From Candidatus Omnitrophota bacterium (GTDB lineage: Bacteria > Ratteibacteria > UBA8468 > MWAK01): a DNA stretch of 35,428 nucleotides. Of this stretch, positions 34,768-35,428 are shown in pieces. The notes beneath the pieces were generated by a model. The model was not told the origin of the DNA. It did not search any database and was given only the letters and a program-made list of their open reading frames with translations. Every line of letters starts with the position of its first letter. Positions within the stretch are counted from its first letter, which is position 1. The translations under genes were made by a program, and so were the position numbers. Where the stretch lies: contig JAHJUB010000002.1 of NCBI GenBank assembly GCA_018829455.1, positions 1 to 35,428 on the forward strand. The letters run 5' to 3'.

Positions 34768-34824
34768 GTAGTTGCCAACCTTGGTTGGCTCGGTGTAAAA
34801 GAGCCCGGCAAGCCGGGCGACTAC
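34768..34824. repeat. GTAG-headed hairpin doublet between tRNA-Trp and secE
   Basis: GTAGTTGCCAACCTTGGTTGGCTC, a spacer, then the reverse complement of GTAGTCGCCCGGCTTGCCGGGCTC. Both units also occur at 6621 and 33957. Confidence 0.9.
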
Positions 34825-34831
34825 AAACCCC

Positions 34832-34870
34832 TCGACTCCCTTTGTCAAGATGCAGGCCTGGAGGGAGTCG
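34832..34870 (-). repeat. Duplicated copy of the tRNA-Trp 3' end plus trailer (39 nt, perfect)
   Basis: Identical to 34952-34990. It covers the T-loop 3' part, the T-stem, the acceptor 3' strand and discriminator of tRNA-Trp, plus 19-20 nt of trailer. The offset is exactly 120 bp. Confidence 0.9.
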
Positions 34871-34972
34871 GCGGTCTCACTTCAAAGCGTTCGACTCGGC
34901 CCCCCGCTGGTATTGCTTCCTAATCAGTCTCAATACCTTACTTCGCTCCGTTCGACTCCCTTTGTCAAGATG

Positions 34973-35045
34973 CAGGCCTGGAGGGAGTCGAACCCCCAAC
35001 CTACGGATTTGGAATCCGTTGCTCTGCCAGTTGAGCTACAGGCCT
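34973..35045 (-). tRNA. tRNA-Trp (anticodon CCA), 73 nt, CCA end not encoded
   Basis: The manual cloverleaf has acceptor AGGCCTG/CAGGCCT, D arm GCTC-AACTGGCA-GAGC, anticodon stem ACGGA/TCCGT with loop TTCCAAA, variable loop AGGTT, T arm GGGGG-TTCGACT-CCCTC and discriminator G. It sits in the classic position between rpmG and secE. Confidence 0.93.
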
Positions 35046-35101
35046 AAAATCAAGGCACAGAGGCACAAAGTAGCGGCAAAGCGATAGTTTTGCATCTTTC
35101 A

Positions 35102-35126
35102 GGGCAGAGCTTCGCTCTGCAGCTAC
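35102..35126. repeat. GTAG-headed hairpin directly at the rpmG stop
   Basis: Minus-sense AAG-TAG-CTGCAGAGC-GAA-GCTCTGCCC. The 7-bp stem GCAGAGC/GCTCTGC spans 35104-35120. The TAG of the GTAG is the rpmG stop codon. Confidence 0.65.
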
Positions 35127-35272
35127 TTGATTTCCTTATGCAGAGTGTGCTTACGACAAGTTGGGCAATATTTTTTCAACTCCACCTTTTCTTTGTGGAG
35201 TTTCTTGTTCTTGGTGGAATTATAATTACGGCGCTTACAATCCTGACACGCCAGCGTAATCAGTTCTCTCAT
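35123..35272 (-). CDS. rpmG: 50S ribosomal protein L33
   Basis: 49-aa ORF below the track cutoff: [49 protein letters not shown]. It has the CxxC...CxxC zinc ribbon and the RNY..TKNK motif of L33. Confidence 0.92.
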   Translation of the reverse strand: MRELITLACQDCKRRNYNSTKNKKLHKEKVELKKYCPTCRKHTLHKEIK

Positions 35273-35286
35273 TTTTTAGTGTACAA

Positions 35287-35428
35287 CTATTCCAAGATTT
35301 CCGTCACCGCCCCTGCTCCGACGGTATGGCCGCCTTCCCGGATGGCAAAGCGCTGACCCTTCTCCATGGCGATGGGGGCGATTAGTTTTACCTCCAGTTT
35401 GGCGTTATCTCCGGGGATAATCATCTCC
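35287..35428 (-). CDS. tuf: Elongation factor Tu, C-terminal 46 aa (rest lies right of the window)
   Basis: Reverse translation gives ...[46 protein letters not shown], the canonical EF-Tu domain III end. The ORF is open at the window edge. Confidence 0.93.
   Translation of the reverse strand, partial: EMIIPGDNAKLEVKLIAPIAMEKGQRFAIREGGHTVGAGAVTEILE

Noticed and set aside
34743-35087. 114-aa and 65-aa plus-strand ORFs spanning the tRNA-Trp region
   Set aside because: They run across a repeat doublet, the duplicated tRNA segment and the tRNA gene itself, on the opposite strand. The internal protein 'repeat' simply reflects the 39-nt DNA duplication.
35090-35356. 88-aa plus-strand ORF at the right end
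   Set aside because: It lies antisense to rpmG and the tuf 3' end, both of which have unambiguous conserved translations.

Overview
The window is mostly core genome from an unidentified bacterium, and nearly all genes are on the minus strand. Read left to right on the plus strand, the content is:

- **Left end:** partial ahcY, then two tiny lysine-rich micro-ORFs with strong SD sequences, then a stand-alone coaB.
- **dcw-cluster tail:** ftsZ, ftsA, ftsQ, ddl, murB. The transcription order is murB to ftsZ.
- **Housekeeping block:** truA, asd, a DUF2582-like wHTH protein and a small zinc-ribbon membrane protein.
- **Only sizeable plus-strand operon:** queF followed by a 2Fe-2S/ASKHA (RACo-like) gene.
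- **nusB and an envelope cluster:** GT2, GT39/ArnT-like, a DUF1318 lipoprotein and an AsmA/YdbH-like protein.
- **comM, yraN, rplS, queH.**
- **Small accessory islet (18.7-22.3 kb):** a PAS-PAS-HD-GYP gene bracketed by duplicated copies of a divergent promoter region, a decayed rve-type IS with a 5-bp TSD, a 335-bp MITE-like element with 31-bp perfect TIRs, and a 125-aa hypothetical gene.
- **Ribosomal/RNAP supercluster:** rpsG, rpsL, a fused 2605-aa rpoB-rpoC, rplL, rplJ, rplA, rplK, nusG, secE, tRNA-Trp, rpmG and partial tuf.

The most unusual signal is not a protein system. It is a dense, modular family of short GC-rich hairpins, each headed by GTAG (REP/BIME-like). These fill almost every intergenic gap:

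- They occur as 50-57-nt inverted doublets and as tandem arrays.
- Some carry nested insertions inside hairpin loops.
- In six cases the GTAG head supplies the TAG stop codon of the upstream gene.

No RAYT-type transposase is present in the window.

Other notable points:

- The rpoB-rpoC linker preserves what looks like a fossil Shine-Dalgarno sequence.
- Several SD-less genes have a -10 box 5-8 nt from the start codon, which suggests leaderless mRNAs.
- A 167-nt rod-like palindrome sits after rpsG, where fusA would be expected.
- The 3' end of tRNA-Trp is duplicated.
- A set of 10-bp-phased heptamers lies upstream of murB.

I found no CRISPR array, rRNA or recognisable defence system. All homology calls come from reading the translated sequence, not from database searches.
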